In this document: in pieces, positions 8,380-17,574 of the stretch | Layout of the letters: the number at the start of each line of letters is the position of its first letter | How positions within the stretch are numbered: the first letter of the stretch is position 1 | Source of the DNA: Polynucleobacter necessarius | GTDB taxonomy: Bacteria; Pseudomonadota; Gammaproteobacteria; Burkholderiales; Burkholderiaceae | Reading direction: 5' to 3' | NCBI RefSeq assembly: GCF_900095195.1 | Contig: NZ_LT606950.1 | Span: forward strand, 304,163 to 336,162 | DNA: 32,000 nucleotides | Translations under genes and position numbers: made by a program | The notes under the pieces: generated by a model | The model's input: the letters and a program-made list of their open reading frames with translations, nothing else | What the model was told of the DNA's origin: nothing | The model's database searches: none

Positions 8380-10992
8380 ATGAAACGCATGTTGTTTAAT
8401 GCAACTCAACAAGAAGAGTTGCGAGTTGCCATCGTCGATGGTCAAAAACTCATTGATATTGATATCGAAGCTGCCGGTCGTGAACAACGTAAAGGCAATA
8501 TCTACAAAGGTGTTATCACCCGCATTGAGCCCTCTTTAGAGGCCTGCTTTGTGAACTACGGCGAGGAGCGTCATGGCTTCCTCCCCTTCAAAGAAGTTGC
8601 CAGAGCCTATTTCAAAGAGGGTATTGATGTGCGCAATGCGTCCATTAAGGATGCCCTGCGTGAAGGTCAAGAAATTATTGTTCAGGTAGAAAAAGAAGGG
8701 CGTGGCCAAAAAGGTGCCGCCCTCACCTCTTTTATCTCTTTAGCGGGTCGTTACTTGGTGTTAATGCCCAACAAACCACGGGGTGGTGGCGTCTCCCGTC
8801 GCATTGAAGGCGAAGACCGTCAAGAACTGCGCGAAGCCATGGCTCAATTAGAGGTGCCTGATGGCATGAGCATCATTGCCCGTACTGCTGGTATTGGTCG
8901 TGATGCTACCGAATTGCAGTGGGACTTAAGCTACCTCTTGCAATTGTGGAAAGCCATTGATGAAGCTGCTAAGGGCAATTCAGCCCCGCTATTGATTTAC
9001 CTCGAGTCCAGCTTGGTGATTCGTGCGATCCGCAATTACTTCCAACCGGATATTGGCGAAATCCTGATCGATACCGATGACATTTACGAGCAAGCTGCTG
9101 CCTTTATGTCGGTGGTGATGCCAGATAACTTGCCACGAGTAAAGCGCTATCAAGATGATGCGCCGCTCTTCTCACACTTCCAAATTGAACATCAGATTGA
9201 GATTGCCTATTCACGCACTGTGCCACTACCATCGGGTGGCGCGATTGTGATTGACCACACTGAAGCACTTGTTTCTGTAGACGTGAACTCTGCACGCGCT
9301 ACCCGCGGTTCCGATATTGAAGAAACAGCGACTCGCACAAATTTAGAAGCTGCCGATGAAATCGCCCGACAAGCCCGTTTGCGCGACTTAGGCGGCTTGA
9401 TCGTGATTGACTTCATTGATATGGAGTCCAGCAAGGCTCAGAAGGATGTTGAGAATCGCCTACGCGATGCTCTGCGTCATGACCGTGCGCGCGTTCAAAT
9501 GGGCAAGATCTCTAAGTTTGGCTTGATGGAAATGTCCCGCCAACGTTTGCGCCCAGCGTTATCCGAAGGCAGTCATGTCACCTGCCCACGTTGCAATGGC
9601 ACTAGTCACATTCGTGATACCGAATCTTCTGCATTGCAAGTTCTACGCATCATTCAAGAAGAGGCAATAAAAGAAAACACAGCGGCGATTCATACGCAGG
9701 TTCCAGTCGAAGTGGCTGCGTTCCTGCTCAATGAAAAGCGTGCAGAAGTCATCAAGATTGAGACTCGCTTCAAAGTTAATGTCTTGTTAGTACCGAATAA
9801 GTATTTAGAAACACCGCACTATAAGTTAGAGCGTTTGCGTCATGATGATCCTCGTTTGGATGATCAAAAGGCTAGCTATGTCATGTCTGAAGAAGCAGCA
9901 CGCGAATTAGAAACTGACACTACAGTTAGTCGTAAAGATGCGGATGTAAAAGCGCGTCCTGAAGCTGCAGTCAAAGGCATCACCCCAACGCAACCAGCAC
10001 CAATCAGTCAGCCGCAGCCAGCACGCGCTGAGAAGGCTGCTGGCGAGAGTTCTGGTGGTTTCCTTGGTTTCATTAAGAAACTCTTCACCTCCAGCCCAGC
10101 TGCAGAAGAAAAACCTTCACCAAGTAATGGCCGTGGTCGCAACCAAGGGCGTAATGGTGATCGTAATCGCGGTCGCAATCGTCGCGGTGAGCGCAACGGT
10201 GATCGTGCAGAGCGCTCCGCAGCAAATGCTGGAGAGGGTACTACTGAAACTAATAGCAATCGTGGCCGCAACAACCGCAACGGCAACCGTAACCAAAACA
10301 ATCAAAGTAACCAAAATGGCCCGAAACCAGAACGTCAAGCGAATCCCGCTGCCGTAACGCCTGCCACCGAAGCAACTCCTGGTAGTGAAACAACTTCAAC
10401 GGCTGATAGCGATGAGCGTCGCGGTCGTGGATGTAACCGAAATGATCGTGGTGAGCGCACCGAAATTGGTGATGGCGCAACTGCGGCAACAGCCGCCCCA
10501 TCTGCAAGTCCTTTTAGAAGGCCTCCCGTTGGTATGGCCGGCGCATCCGTTTCAATGCCGATTCAAAACATTGTCAATAGTTTTGGTGATAATCTGGTTG
10601 CCGAAAAATCTGAGCGCAACGAGAGGCCAGCACGCGCACCGAGTCAATCAAATCGTTCTGAAAAAACTGCTGGCTCAGCATCATCAGCAGCACCAGTAGC
10701 ACCGCTTGCAGTTGTAGCTACTGCAACAGCGATTGAAGTGATTGCAAAACCAGCGCCAGAACTGCCAAAAGTTGCTTTTCAAGCGCTTGAAGAAACGCCA
10801 TTGCATAGCGTTGTGCAATCCGCTGGAATGATTTGGGTCGCTACCGATGCTTCGAAGCATACAGAAGCGCAAAACCAGATTCAGTCTGAACCCGTCATTC
10901 ATAACGTCGGCAGAACACCAAAGCCAGCGGCCACGCTTCCAGAAGGCCCAATGGTTCTAGTTGAAACTGGCGGCCAAGAAAAAACGGTCTAA
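8380..10992 (+). CDS. rne: ribonuclease E
   Basis: 870-aa ORF. The N-terminus is the S1/catalytic domain (MKRMLFNATQQEELRVAIVDGQKL..., DFIDM Mg site, Zn-link CPRCNGTSHIRD). The C-terminal ~350 aa are low-complexity Arg/Asn/Gly-rich scaffold. Confidence 0.95.
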   Translation: MKRMLFNATQQEELRVAIVDGQKLIDIDIEAAGREQRKGNIYKGVITRIEPSLEACFVNYGEERHGFLPFKEVARAYFKEGIDVRNASIKDALREGQEIIVQVEKEGRGQKGAALTSFISLAGRYLVLMPNKPRGGGVSRRIEGEDRQELREAMAQLEVPDGMSIIARTAGIGRDATELQWDLSYLLQLWKAIDEAAKGNSAPLLIYLESSLVIRAIRNYFQPDIGEILIDTDDIYEQAAAFMSVVMPDNLPRVKRYQDDAPLFSHFQIEHQIEIAYSRTVPLPSGGAIVIDHTEALVSVDVNSARATRGSDIEETATRTNLEAADEIARQARLRDLGGLIVIDFIDMESSKAQKDVENRLRDALRHDRARVQMGKISKFGLMEMSRQRLRPALSEGSHVTCPRCNGTSHIRDTESSALQVLRIIQEEAIKENTAAIHTQVPVEVAAFLLNEKRAEVIKIETRFKVNVLLVPNKYLETPHYKLERLRHDDPRLDDQKASYVMSEEAARELETDTTVSRKDADVKARPEAAVKGITPTQPAPISQPQPARAEKAAGESSGGFLGFIKKLFTSSPAAEEKPSPSNGRGRNQGRNGDRNRGRNRRGERNGDRAERSAANAGEGTTETNSNRGRNNRNGNRNQNNQSNQNGPKPERQANPAAVTPATEATPGSETTSTADSDERRGRGCNRNDRGERTEIGDGATAATAAPSASPFRRPPVGMAGASVSMPIQNIVNSFGDNLVAEKSERNERPARAPSQSNRSEKTAGSASSAAPVAPLAVVATATAIEVIAKPAPELPKVAFQALEETPLHSVVQSAGMIWVATDASKHTEAQNQIQSEPVIHNVGRTPKPAATLPEGPMVLVETGGQEKTV

Positions 10993-11013
10993 GGCTTTTT
11001 CTTTTTCTCCAGA

Positions 11014-11047
11014 CCGCCTCGTATCCCAAAAGGATATTGGGCGGTTT
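11014..11047 (+). terminator. imperfect hairpin plus TTT downstream of rne (possible terminator/attenuator)
   Basis: The 13-bp stem pairs 11014-11026 with 11032-11044 (1 mismatch, 2 G-U pairs). The loop is CAAAA, followed by TTT. Confidence 0.3.
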
Positions 11048-11049
11048 GG

Positions 11050-11282
11050 CAGAAACTCCGTTTCACAGATCAAAACTATTCGTATTTAGCACACAAAGAA
11101 TTACTCAGTTTTGAAGAAATTACCCGCCTGTCCAACATCTTCGCAACCCTGGGCGTTGAAAAGATTCGCCTAACCGGTGGCGAACCGCTGCTTCGTAAGA
11201 ACTTAGAAGTATTAATCGAAATGTTGGCTGCCGTCCGCACTCCAGCAGGCAAACATTTGGGTCTCACCTTCACGACTAACGG
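11050..11282 (+). pseudogene. moaA: GTP 3',8-cyclase MoaA, 5' fragment lacking the radical-SAM cysteine motif
   Basis: The + strand reads ...[77 protein letters not shown] and then breaks. The 3' continuation [11 protein letters not shown]... is at 3750 on the - strand. No CxxxCxxC is present in this frame upstream, back to the rne stop. Confidence 0.8.
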
Positions 11283-11788
11283 ATTTTTGTGCTCCGCAGA
11301 CCTATCAAGGTGCTGGTTTTTTAGGCATCTCGGATCTGCCCAGGCTGGCTGAGGAAGTTTCTACAGTTGCATCAGGGGACGGCTTTAATTGGGAAGTTCA
11401 AACCCATTTTGGGATTCCCCGGGGGTTGAGCCCCGTCAAATCTGCAATTAGGCCTCAACGGGCGCCTACATCTGATATGCCAGCGGTGTTTACAGGATTG
11501 CGCTGTAGATTTAGCTGAAAAACGGCGTTTTATCATTCTGGCAACTGAAGAAGAGGCGGATCACTATCCAGTAGAGGACGAGGACCAAGAGCCCTTGGTT
11601 GCCAGTCAGCAATTTAACTTTTGGAGACCATTGAGGATGAAATTTTGCTCTCTATCCCTTTGATTCCAAAGCATCCCGAGGGCTTTTGTGAGTCCCATCT
11701 CCTGGCTTTGGGGGGCGAAGAGCCTGAAGAAGTTTCTTCTGAACGGGAAAATCCCTTTAACATATTGAAAAATATGAAGAAAAACTAA
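11283..11788 (+). pseudogene. yceD: yceD (DUF177, large-subunit rRNA accumulation protein family), 3' part with two frameshifts
   Basis: No ORF of 60 aa or more exists here. Three frames read collinearly: [51 protein letters not shown]|SNLQLGLNGRLHLICQRCLQDCAVDLAEKRRFIILATEEEADHYPVEDEDQEPLVASQQFN|LLETIEDEILLSIPLIPKHPEGFCESHLL...ENPFNILKNMKKN*. Breaks lie near 11421-11436 and 11615-11622. The gene sits immediately upstream of rpmF, as yceD does in E. coli. Confidence 0.75.
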
Positions 11789-11873
11789 ATTTGGGATGCC
11801 GCTTTTGGCTTTTGGGATGCCCCGTTGTTTTTGCTCACTTCATTGATAAATCAAGCATTTAGACGCTTTTCCG

Positions 11874-11882
11874 TGCTAGAAT
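11874..11882 (+). promoter_or_regulatory. candidate extended -10 promoter element (TGCTAGAAT) for rpmF
   Basis: A TGnTAGAAT motif lies 24 nt upstream of the rpmF ATG. There is no good -35 at 17-bp spacing. This is sequence inspection only. Confidence 0.25.
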
Positions 11883-11905
11883 GTCGCCTTATTTAGGAGT
11901 TCATT

Positions 11906-12085
11906 ATGGCCGTTCAACAAAATAAAAAATCACCTTCCAAACGTGGCATGCATCGTGCGCACGACTTTTTGACCGCACCTGCTACGGCTGTTGAAGCCAC
12001 TACTGGTGAGGCTCATTTGCGCCACCACATTTCACCTAACGGCTACTATCGTGGTCGTAAAGTTGTTAAAACCAAAAACGACTAA
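11906..12085 (+). CDS. rpmF: 50S ribosomal protein L32
   Basis: 59-aa ORF, below the ORF-track cutoff: [64 protein letters not shown] Shine-Dalgarno sequence lies 7 nt upstream. Confidence 0.95.
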   Translation: MAVQQNKKSPSKRGMHRAHDFLTAPATAVEATTGEAHLRHHISPNGYYRGRKVVKTKND

Positions 12086-12106
12086 TTTCTTAGTCTAAAC
12101 AGATCG

Positions 12107-12136
12107 AAGCGGCTCCATTTACGGCCGCTTTTTCTT
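12107..12136 (+). terminator. rho-independent terminator/attenuator between rpmF and plsX
   Basis: The stem is AAGCGGC (12107-12113) / GCCGCTT (12124-12130) with a 10-nt loop, followed by TTTTCTT. Confidence 0.5.
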
Positions 12137-12176
12137 GGATAACGTCGGTTAACCACTTGCTGCAATCGAACAGTTT

Positions 12177-13190
12177 ATGAGCGTTACTCTCGCTATCGAT
12201 GCCATGGGCGGAGATCATGGAGTCGTCGTGACGGTTCCCGCTGCCTGCGATTTTCTAGAAAAACATACTGATGTGAAGATTGCCTTAATTGGCGATCCAG
12301 AGTTAATTTCACAAATATTAAGTAAGTCCTCTAAGGCGCCAGTAAAGCGCATTCAAATTATTCCTGCAAGTGAAGTGGTATTGATGGATGATCCCATTGA
12401 AATTGCTTTGCGCCGTAAAAAAGATTCATCCATGCGCGTTGCTATAGAGCAGGTTAAAGAAGGCGTCGCAGATGCAGTGATCTCGTCTGGTAACACCGGC
12501 GCATTAATGGCGATTTCTCGTTACATATTGAAAACATTAGATGGCGTAGACCGCCCGGCTATCGCTGCTGCGATACCGAATGAACTTGGGCGCGGCACAA
12601 CGATGTTGGATCTGGGCGCAAACGCCGATTGTGAGCCCATACACTTAGTGCAGTTTGCACAAATGGCCAACGTGATGGTTCAGGTTGTTGATGGCAAACC
12701 CATTCCTTCGATTGGCCTTCTCAATATTGGCGAAGAGGTCATCAAAGGCAATGAAGTAGTTAAGCAAACCAGTGAACTTCTGCGTCAAACAAACTTAAAC
12801 TTTTACGGCAACGTTGAAGGAAATGACATCTTTAAAGGCACCACCGACATTGTGGTGTGCGATGGATTTGTTGGTAATGTTGTACTCAAGGCCAGCGAGG
12901 GTCTTGCGAAAATGATGAGCGGCATGATCCGTGAAGAATTCAATCGCTCTTGGCTTACAAAATTGATGGCTGTTTGCGTTATGGTGCCATTATTACGAGT
13001 ACGTAAACGTGTCGATCATCGCCGTTATAACGGCGCGGTATTGTTGGGTCTTCGCGGTTGCGTTATTAAGAGTCATGGTTCTGCTGATCGCTTTGCATTT
13101 GGTTTTGCATTAGAGCGCGCTTATGAAGCCGCTAAAAATCGGATGGTTGATCGTATTGCTGCAGCCTTTGTAGCGGAGACAACAGAATGA
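12177..13190 (+). CDS. plsX: phosphate acyltransferase PlsX
   Basis: 337-aa ORF starting [15 protein letters not shown]..., with [10 protein letters not shown]. Its stop overlaps the fabH start (ATGA). Confidence 0.95.
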   Translation: MSVTLAIDAMGGDHGVVVTVPAACDFLEKHTDVKIALIGDPELISQILSKSSKAPVKRIQIIPASEVVLMDDPIEIALRRKKDSSMRVAIEQVKEGVADAVISSGNTGALMAISRYILKTLDGVDRPAIAAAIPNELGRGTTMLDLGANADCEPIHLVQFAQMANVMVQVVDGKPIPSIGLLNIGEEVIKGNEVVKQTSELLRQTNLNFYGNVEGNDIFKGTTDIVVCDGFVGNVVLKASEGLAKMMSGMIREEFNRSWLTKLMAVCVMVPLLRVRKRVDHRRYNGAVLLGLRGCVIKSHGSADRFAFGFALERAYEAAKNRMVDRIAAAFVAETTE

Positions 13191-14173
13191 GTATTTTTGC
13201 GAGAGTAGCTGGAACAGGAAGTTATCTTCCGGCGCAACGTTTAACGAATCAAGACCTAGTGGAGCGTTTAGCAAAATCGGGTTTAGAGACTAGCGATGAG
13301 TGGATTACGACGCGCAGCGGAATTTCGGCGCGCCATTTTGCTGCCGATCACGAACTAACCAGTGATTTGGCAGTCAAAGCAGCGCAAGCAGCGCTGACTA
13401 GCGCGGGCATCACTTCCAAGGATATCGATCTGATTATTTTGGCAACCTCGACTCCAGATCATTTGGGTGGTTTTCCGAGTACTGCTTGCGTCGTGCAAGA
13501 TAAATTAGGTGCTCATACTTCTTGCGCCGTATTTGATGTGCAAGCAGTTTGCGCGGGATTTATGTATGCATTAGCTACAGCAGATGCATTTATTCGGACA
13601 AGCGCATACAAAAAAGTATTGGTAATTGGTGCCGAAACATTTTCTCGCATCTTGGATTTTCAGGATCGTGGCACCTGTGTTCTCTTTGGTGATGGTGCAG
13701 GTGCAGTAGTGCTTGAGGCCTCTACTAAAGCTGGTATTTTGTCGTCTGCATTGCATGCTGACGGTAGTCAACGCGATATTTTGTGCGTTCCGGGTCGCGC
13801 AGGTAATGGCGTTGTTCATGGTTCACCATTTATGACGATGGACGGTCAAGCTGTCTTTAAGTTAGCAGTGAAAGTGTTAGAGCAAGTTGCGCATGAAGCG
13901 CTGGAAAAAGCCAAACTCAAACCTGAACAGATTGATTGGTTAGTCCCACATCAGGCAAACATTCGTATCATGGAGGGCACTGCTAAGAAGATGGGCATAT
14001 CAATGGATAAAGTGATTGTGACAGTACATGAGCATGGCAACACATCCGCAGCATCGATCCCATTGGCTCTTGACGCAGGTGTTCGCTCTGGCCAAATTCA
14101 ACGTGGTCATCACCTCTTGTTAGAGGGTGTTGGCGGTGGTTTTGCTTGGGGCGCGGTTGCTTTGAAGTATTAA
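13187..14173 (+). CDS. fabH: 3-oxoacyl-ACP synthase III
   Basis: 328-aa ORF with Cys-His-Asn triad contexts ([23 protein letters not shown]). Confidence 0.95.
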   Translation: MSIFARVAGTGSYLPAQRLTNQDLVERLAKSGLETSDEWITTRSGISARHFAADHELTSDLAVKAAQAALTSAGITSKDIDLIILATSTPDHLGGFPSTACVVQDKLGAHTSCAVFDVQAVCAGFMYALATADAFIRTSAYKKVLVIGAETFSRILDFQDRGTCVLFGDGAGAVVLEASTKAGILSSALHADGSQRDILCVPGRAGNGVVHGSPFMTMDGQAVFKLAVKVLEQVAHEALEKAKLKPEQIDWLVPHQANIRIMEGTAKKMGISMDKVIVTVHEHGNTSAASIPLALDAGVRSGQIQRGHHLLLEGVGGGFAWGAVALKY

Positions 14174-14244
14174 TTCTCTCCAATGGTTTTCAGTTCGCGT
14201 TAATCCGTATTTAATCGATTCCAATTCTTTACTAAATTCACCCT

Positions 14245-15153
14245 ATGACATTTGCATTCGTTTTCCCAGGACAAGGCTCTCAATCTGTTGGCATGCTCAG
14301 TTCCATTGCTGAGCGCCCCGAAGTGCGAGCAACATTGCAAGAGGCTTCCGAGGCTTTGGGTGAGGATGTGGCGAAATTAATCGCTGAAGGTCCTGCCGAA
14401 GCATTGTCATTAACTACGAACACCCAACCAGTAATGCTGACTGCAGCGATTGCGTTTTATCGCGCATGGCTAGCAGCGGGAGGCCCTGTTCCAAAGGTCA
14501 TGGCAGGCCACAGCTTGGGTGAGTACTCAGCCTTAGTTGCCGCTGGCGTGATTTCGTTTAAAGATGCCGTTCCCTTGGTGCGTTTTCGTGCTGAAGCGAT
14601 GCAGACGGCTGTGCCTGTCGGTACCGGCGGCATGGCTGCCATTTTGGGTTTGGATGACGCAACTGTGATTCAAGTGTGCGCGCAAGCGAGCGCTGAATCA
14701 GGCGGGGTTGTCGAGGCAGCGAACTTTAATGCACCCGGCCAAGTAGTCATAGCTGGTGCAAGTGATGCTGTAGCAAAAGCATGCGAACTTTTAAAAGTAG
14801 CGGGTGCTAAACGTGCGTTGCCGTTGCCAGTATCTGCACCATTCCATTCTTCTTTATTGCAGCCTGCTTCTGAAAAGCTCAAGGGCTATTTAGCCAACAT
14901 TGAATTTAAAGCACCTACTATTTCTGTAATCAATAACGTGGATGTAGAAATTCTGAATGATCCTGCGGCAATCAAAGATGCTTTAGTGCGTCAAGCGGCT
15001 AAACCGGTTCGCTGGCAAGAAACCATTCAAGCGATGGTGGGTCAAGGGGTTAATCAAGTCGTGGAGTGCGGCCCTGGAAAAGTATTAGCCGGTTTGACTA
15101 AGCGTATTAATGACCAGGTGACTGGCGTGCCAGTATTTGAGAGGCGAGCTTGA
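14245..15153 (+). CDS. fabD: malonyl-CoA-ACP transacylase; the extreme 3' end appears frameshifted
   Basis: 302-aa ORF with FVFPGQGSQ, GHSLGEYSA and the motif APFHSSLL. It ends ...GVPVFERRA*. The adjacent frame from 15144 reads ASLNEVLASLK* (stop 15177-15179), which resembles the normal FabD C-terminal helix. Confidence 0.9.
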   Translation: MTFAFVFPGQGSQSVGMLSSIAERPEVRATLQEASEALGEDVAKLIAEGPAEALSLTTNTQPVMLTAAIAFYRAWLAAGGPVPKVMAGHSLGEYSALVAAGVISFKDAVPLVRFRAEAMQTAVPVGTGGMAAILGLDDATVIQVCAQASAESGGVVEAANFNAPGQVVIAGASDAVAKACELLKVAGAKRALPLPVSAPFHSSLLQPASEKLKGYLANIEFKAPTISVINNVDVEILNDPAAIKDALVRQAAKPVRWQETIQAMVGQGVNQVVECGPGKVLAGLTKRINDQVTGVPVFERRA

Positions 15154-15219
15154 ATGAAGTGCTTGCTAGCTTAAAGTAAAAATAAAACACAGTATCAATA
15201 AAACACAGCGAAAGACATT

Positions 15220-15963
15220 ATGAATCTCGACCTCAGCGGACAAATTGCCTTAGTCACTGGAGCTTCACGCGGTATCGGGCAGGCTATTGCAGATGAGTTA
15301 GTAAAGTGTGGCGCCAAAGTAATTGGTACCGCTACTTCTACCGATGGAGCCAGCGCTATCGATGCGCGTTTAAAACCTGCTGGCGGTGCTGGCTTGGTAT
15401 TGAATGTCACTGCGCCTAATGCTTGCGAAGAAATTATTGATCGCATCGTGAAGAAGTATGGCGGCACTCATATTTTGGTGAATAACGCAGGCATCACGCG
15501 CGATAACTTAGCAATGCGCATGAAATCCGAAGAGTGGTCTGATGTCATCGATACGAACCTGAGTTCAGTATTTCGGTTATCCCAAGCAGCGCTTCGTCCA
15601 ATGACGAAAGCACGTGGTGGTCGCATCATTAACATCACATCCATCGTGGGCCATATGGGTAATCCTGGTCAGGCAAATTACGCTGCAGCAAAGTCTGGTG
15701 TTTCTGGAATGACGCGCGCCTTAGCTCGCGAAATTGGCAGTCGTAACATCACGGTGAATTGCGTAGCTCCCGGATTTATCGATACCGATATGACTAGGGC
15801 ACTGAGTGAAGAGCAGCAAAATGCACTAAAAGTGAACATCCCGTTGGCGCGTTTGGGTAGCCCTGAGGATGTCGCCCAAGCTGTGGCATTTTTAGCCTCT
15901 CCAGCAGCGGGGTACATTACGGGTAATACCCTACATGTCAATGGCGGGCTCTATCTGGCCTAA
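15220..15963 (+). CDS. fabG: 3-oxoacyl-ACP reductase
   Basis: 247-aa SDR with TGASRGIG, NNAG and YAAAK. Confidence 0.95.
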   Translation: MNLDLSGQIALVTGASRGIGQAIADELVKCGAKVIGTATSTDGASAIDARLKPAGGAGLVLNVTAPNACEEIIDRIVKKYGGTHILVNNAGITRDNLAMRMKSEEWSDVIDTNLSSVFRLSQAALRPMTKARGGRIINITSIVGHMGNPGQANYAAAKSGVSGMTRALAREIGSRNITVNCVAPGFIDTDMTRALSEEQQNALKVNIPLARLGSPEDVAQAVAFLASPAAGYITGNTLHVNGGLYLA

Positions 15964-16065
15964 CGGCAAAACGCGGATTTGGTCATTTTTTGGCGGTTTT
16001 GCTAATTACGTCCGCCAAACTGATAAAATCCTTCCATCGTTTTTTTACAACCCTTGGGGGACTTA

Positions 16066-16305
16066 ATGGATAACATCGAACAACGCGTTAAGAAAATCGT
16101 CGCTGAGCAATTGGGCGTCGCTGAAGGAGATATCAAGAATGATTCTTCTTTTGTGAATGACCTGGGCGCTGACTCTCTTGACACTGTTGAGTTGGTAATG
16201 GCTTTGGAAGATGAATTCGGCATCGAAATTCCTGATGAGGAAGCTGAAAAGATCACCACCGTTCAACTCGCGATCGACTTCGCTAAATCAAAAGCTCAGG
16301 GTTAA
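16066..16305 (+). CDS. acpP: acyl carrier protein
   Basis: ORF 16054-16305 trimmed to the [12 protein letters not shown] start (79 aa). The phosphopantetheine site is [13 protein letters not shown]. Confidence 0.95.
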   Translation: MDNIEQRVKKIVAEQLGVAEGDIKNDSSFVNDLGADSLDTVELVMALEDEFGIEIPDEEAEKITTVQLAIDFAKSKAQG

Positions 16306-16326
16306 TTCCCAAGCTTACGCATTACT

Positions 16327-17574
16327 GTGTCAGCATCAAATGGCCGACGCCGGATAGTAGTCACCGGCCTTGGCCTCATCTCACCTGTTGGTAATTCTGT
16401 TGATGTAGCTTGGTCTAATTTGCTTGCGGGCAAATCGGGCATTGCTACGATCACCAAGTTCGACCACGCTCCACTTAGCGTTCATTTCGCTGGAGAGGTG
16501 AAAGATTTCAATGTCGAAGAATATGTTTCTGCCAAGGAAGCGCGCCATATGGATACGTTTATCCATTACGGTATCGCCGCTGGCACGCAAGCTATTCGCG
16601 ACAGTGGCCTGAAAGTAACCGATCAGAACGCCGAGCGTGTTGGCGTCATGGTTGGCTCAGGCATTGGCGGTTTGCCCATGATTGAAGAGACGAGCGCCGA
16701 GCATTTAGCCCGCGGTCCTCGTCGTATCTCACCATTCTTTGTGCCAGGATCAATCATTAATATGATTTCTGGGCACCTCAGTATTTTGTTTGGACTAAAA
16801 GGCCCTACCATTGCGGCTGTTACTGCATGCACAACAGGTTTGCACAGCATTGGTTTGGCTGCGCGTCTGATTCAGTACGGTGATGCTGATGTCATGATTG
16901 CTGGCGGCGCCGAATCCACTATCTCCCCGTTGGGTGTTGGTGGCTTTGCTGCTGCGCGAGCACTCTCAACACGCAATGATGACCCTGCTACTGCTTCACG
17001 TCCCTGGGATAAGGACCGCGATGGTTTTGTGCTTGGTGAAGGTGCTGGCGTAGTGGTGTTAGAAGAATATGAGCACGCAAAGGCACGTGGCGCGAAGATT
17101 TATTGTGAGCTCAAAGGTTTTGGTATGAGTGGTGACGCGTACCACATGACTGCTCCCAATATGGATGGTCCGCGTCGTTGCATGGTCAATGCAATGCGTG
17201 ACGCTGGCATTAACCCAGATCAAATCCAATATTTAAATGCTCACGGTACTTCGACCCCATTGGGCGACAAAAATGAAACGGATGCTATCAAAGCGGCGTT
17301 GGGAGACCATGCCAAAAAAGCATTGATTAATTCCACTAAGTCGATGACTGGCCACCTATTGGGTGGGGCGGGGGGCTTGGAGTCGGTTTTCACGATTCTG
17401 GCGTTTCATCACCAGAAATCACCCCCTACCATCAATATCTTCAACCAAGATCCTGAGTGCGACTTGGACTACTGCGCCAATTCCGCCAGAGATGTGAAGA
17501 TTGACCATGCAGTCAAAAACAACTTTGGCTTTGGTGGTACTAACGGCACCTTGATTTTTGGTAAGCTGACCTAA
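16327..17574 (+). CDS. fabF: 3-oxoacyl-ACP synthase II
   Basis: 415-aa ORF with a GTG start. Active-site contexts are ACTTG, HMTAP and NAHGTSTP. Confidence 0.95.
   Translation: MSASNGRRRIVVTGLGLISPVGNSVDVAWSNLLAGKSGIATITKFDHAPLSVHFAGEVKDFNVEEYVSAKEARHMDTFIHYGIAAGTQAIRDSGLKVTDQNAERVGVMVGSGIGGLPMIEETSAEHLARGPRRISPFFVPGSIINMISGHLSILFGLKGPTIAAVTACTTGLHSIGLAARLIQYGDADVMIAGGAESTISPLGVGGFAAARALSTRNDDPATASRPWDKDRDGFVLGEGAGVVVLEEYEHAKARGAKIYCELKGFGMSGDAYHMTAPNMDGPRRCMVNAMRDAGINPDQIQYLNAHGTSTPLGDKNETDAIKAALGDHAKKALINSTKSMTGHLLGGAGGLESVFTILAFHHQKSPPTINIFNQDPECDLDYCANSARDVKIDHAVKNNFGFGGTNGTLIFGKLT

Noticed and set aside
10008-10700. A cluster of overlapping ORFs in several frames with repetitive sequence, considered as a possible tandem repeat or CRISPR-like array.
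   Set aside because: All are alternative-frame readings of the Arg/Asn/Gly low-complexity part of the rne CTD. There is no repeat-spacer periodicity and no cas genes.
10990-11347. The moaA' remnant is in the same frame as rne, immediately after its TAA stop, and open for about 118 codons. This could suggest a read-through extension of RNase E.
   Set aside because: There is a one-in-three chance of frame coincidence, TAA is a strong stop, and the downstream sequence is a decayed unrelated gene. Nothing supports functional read-through.
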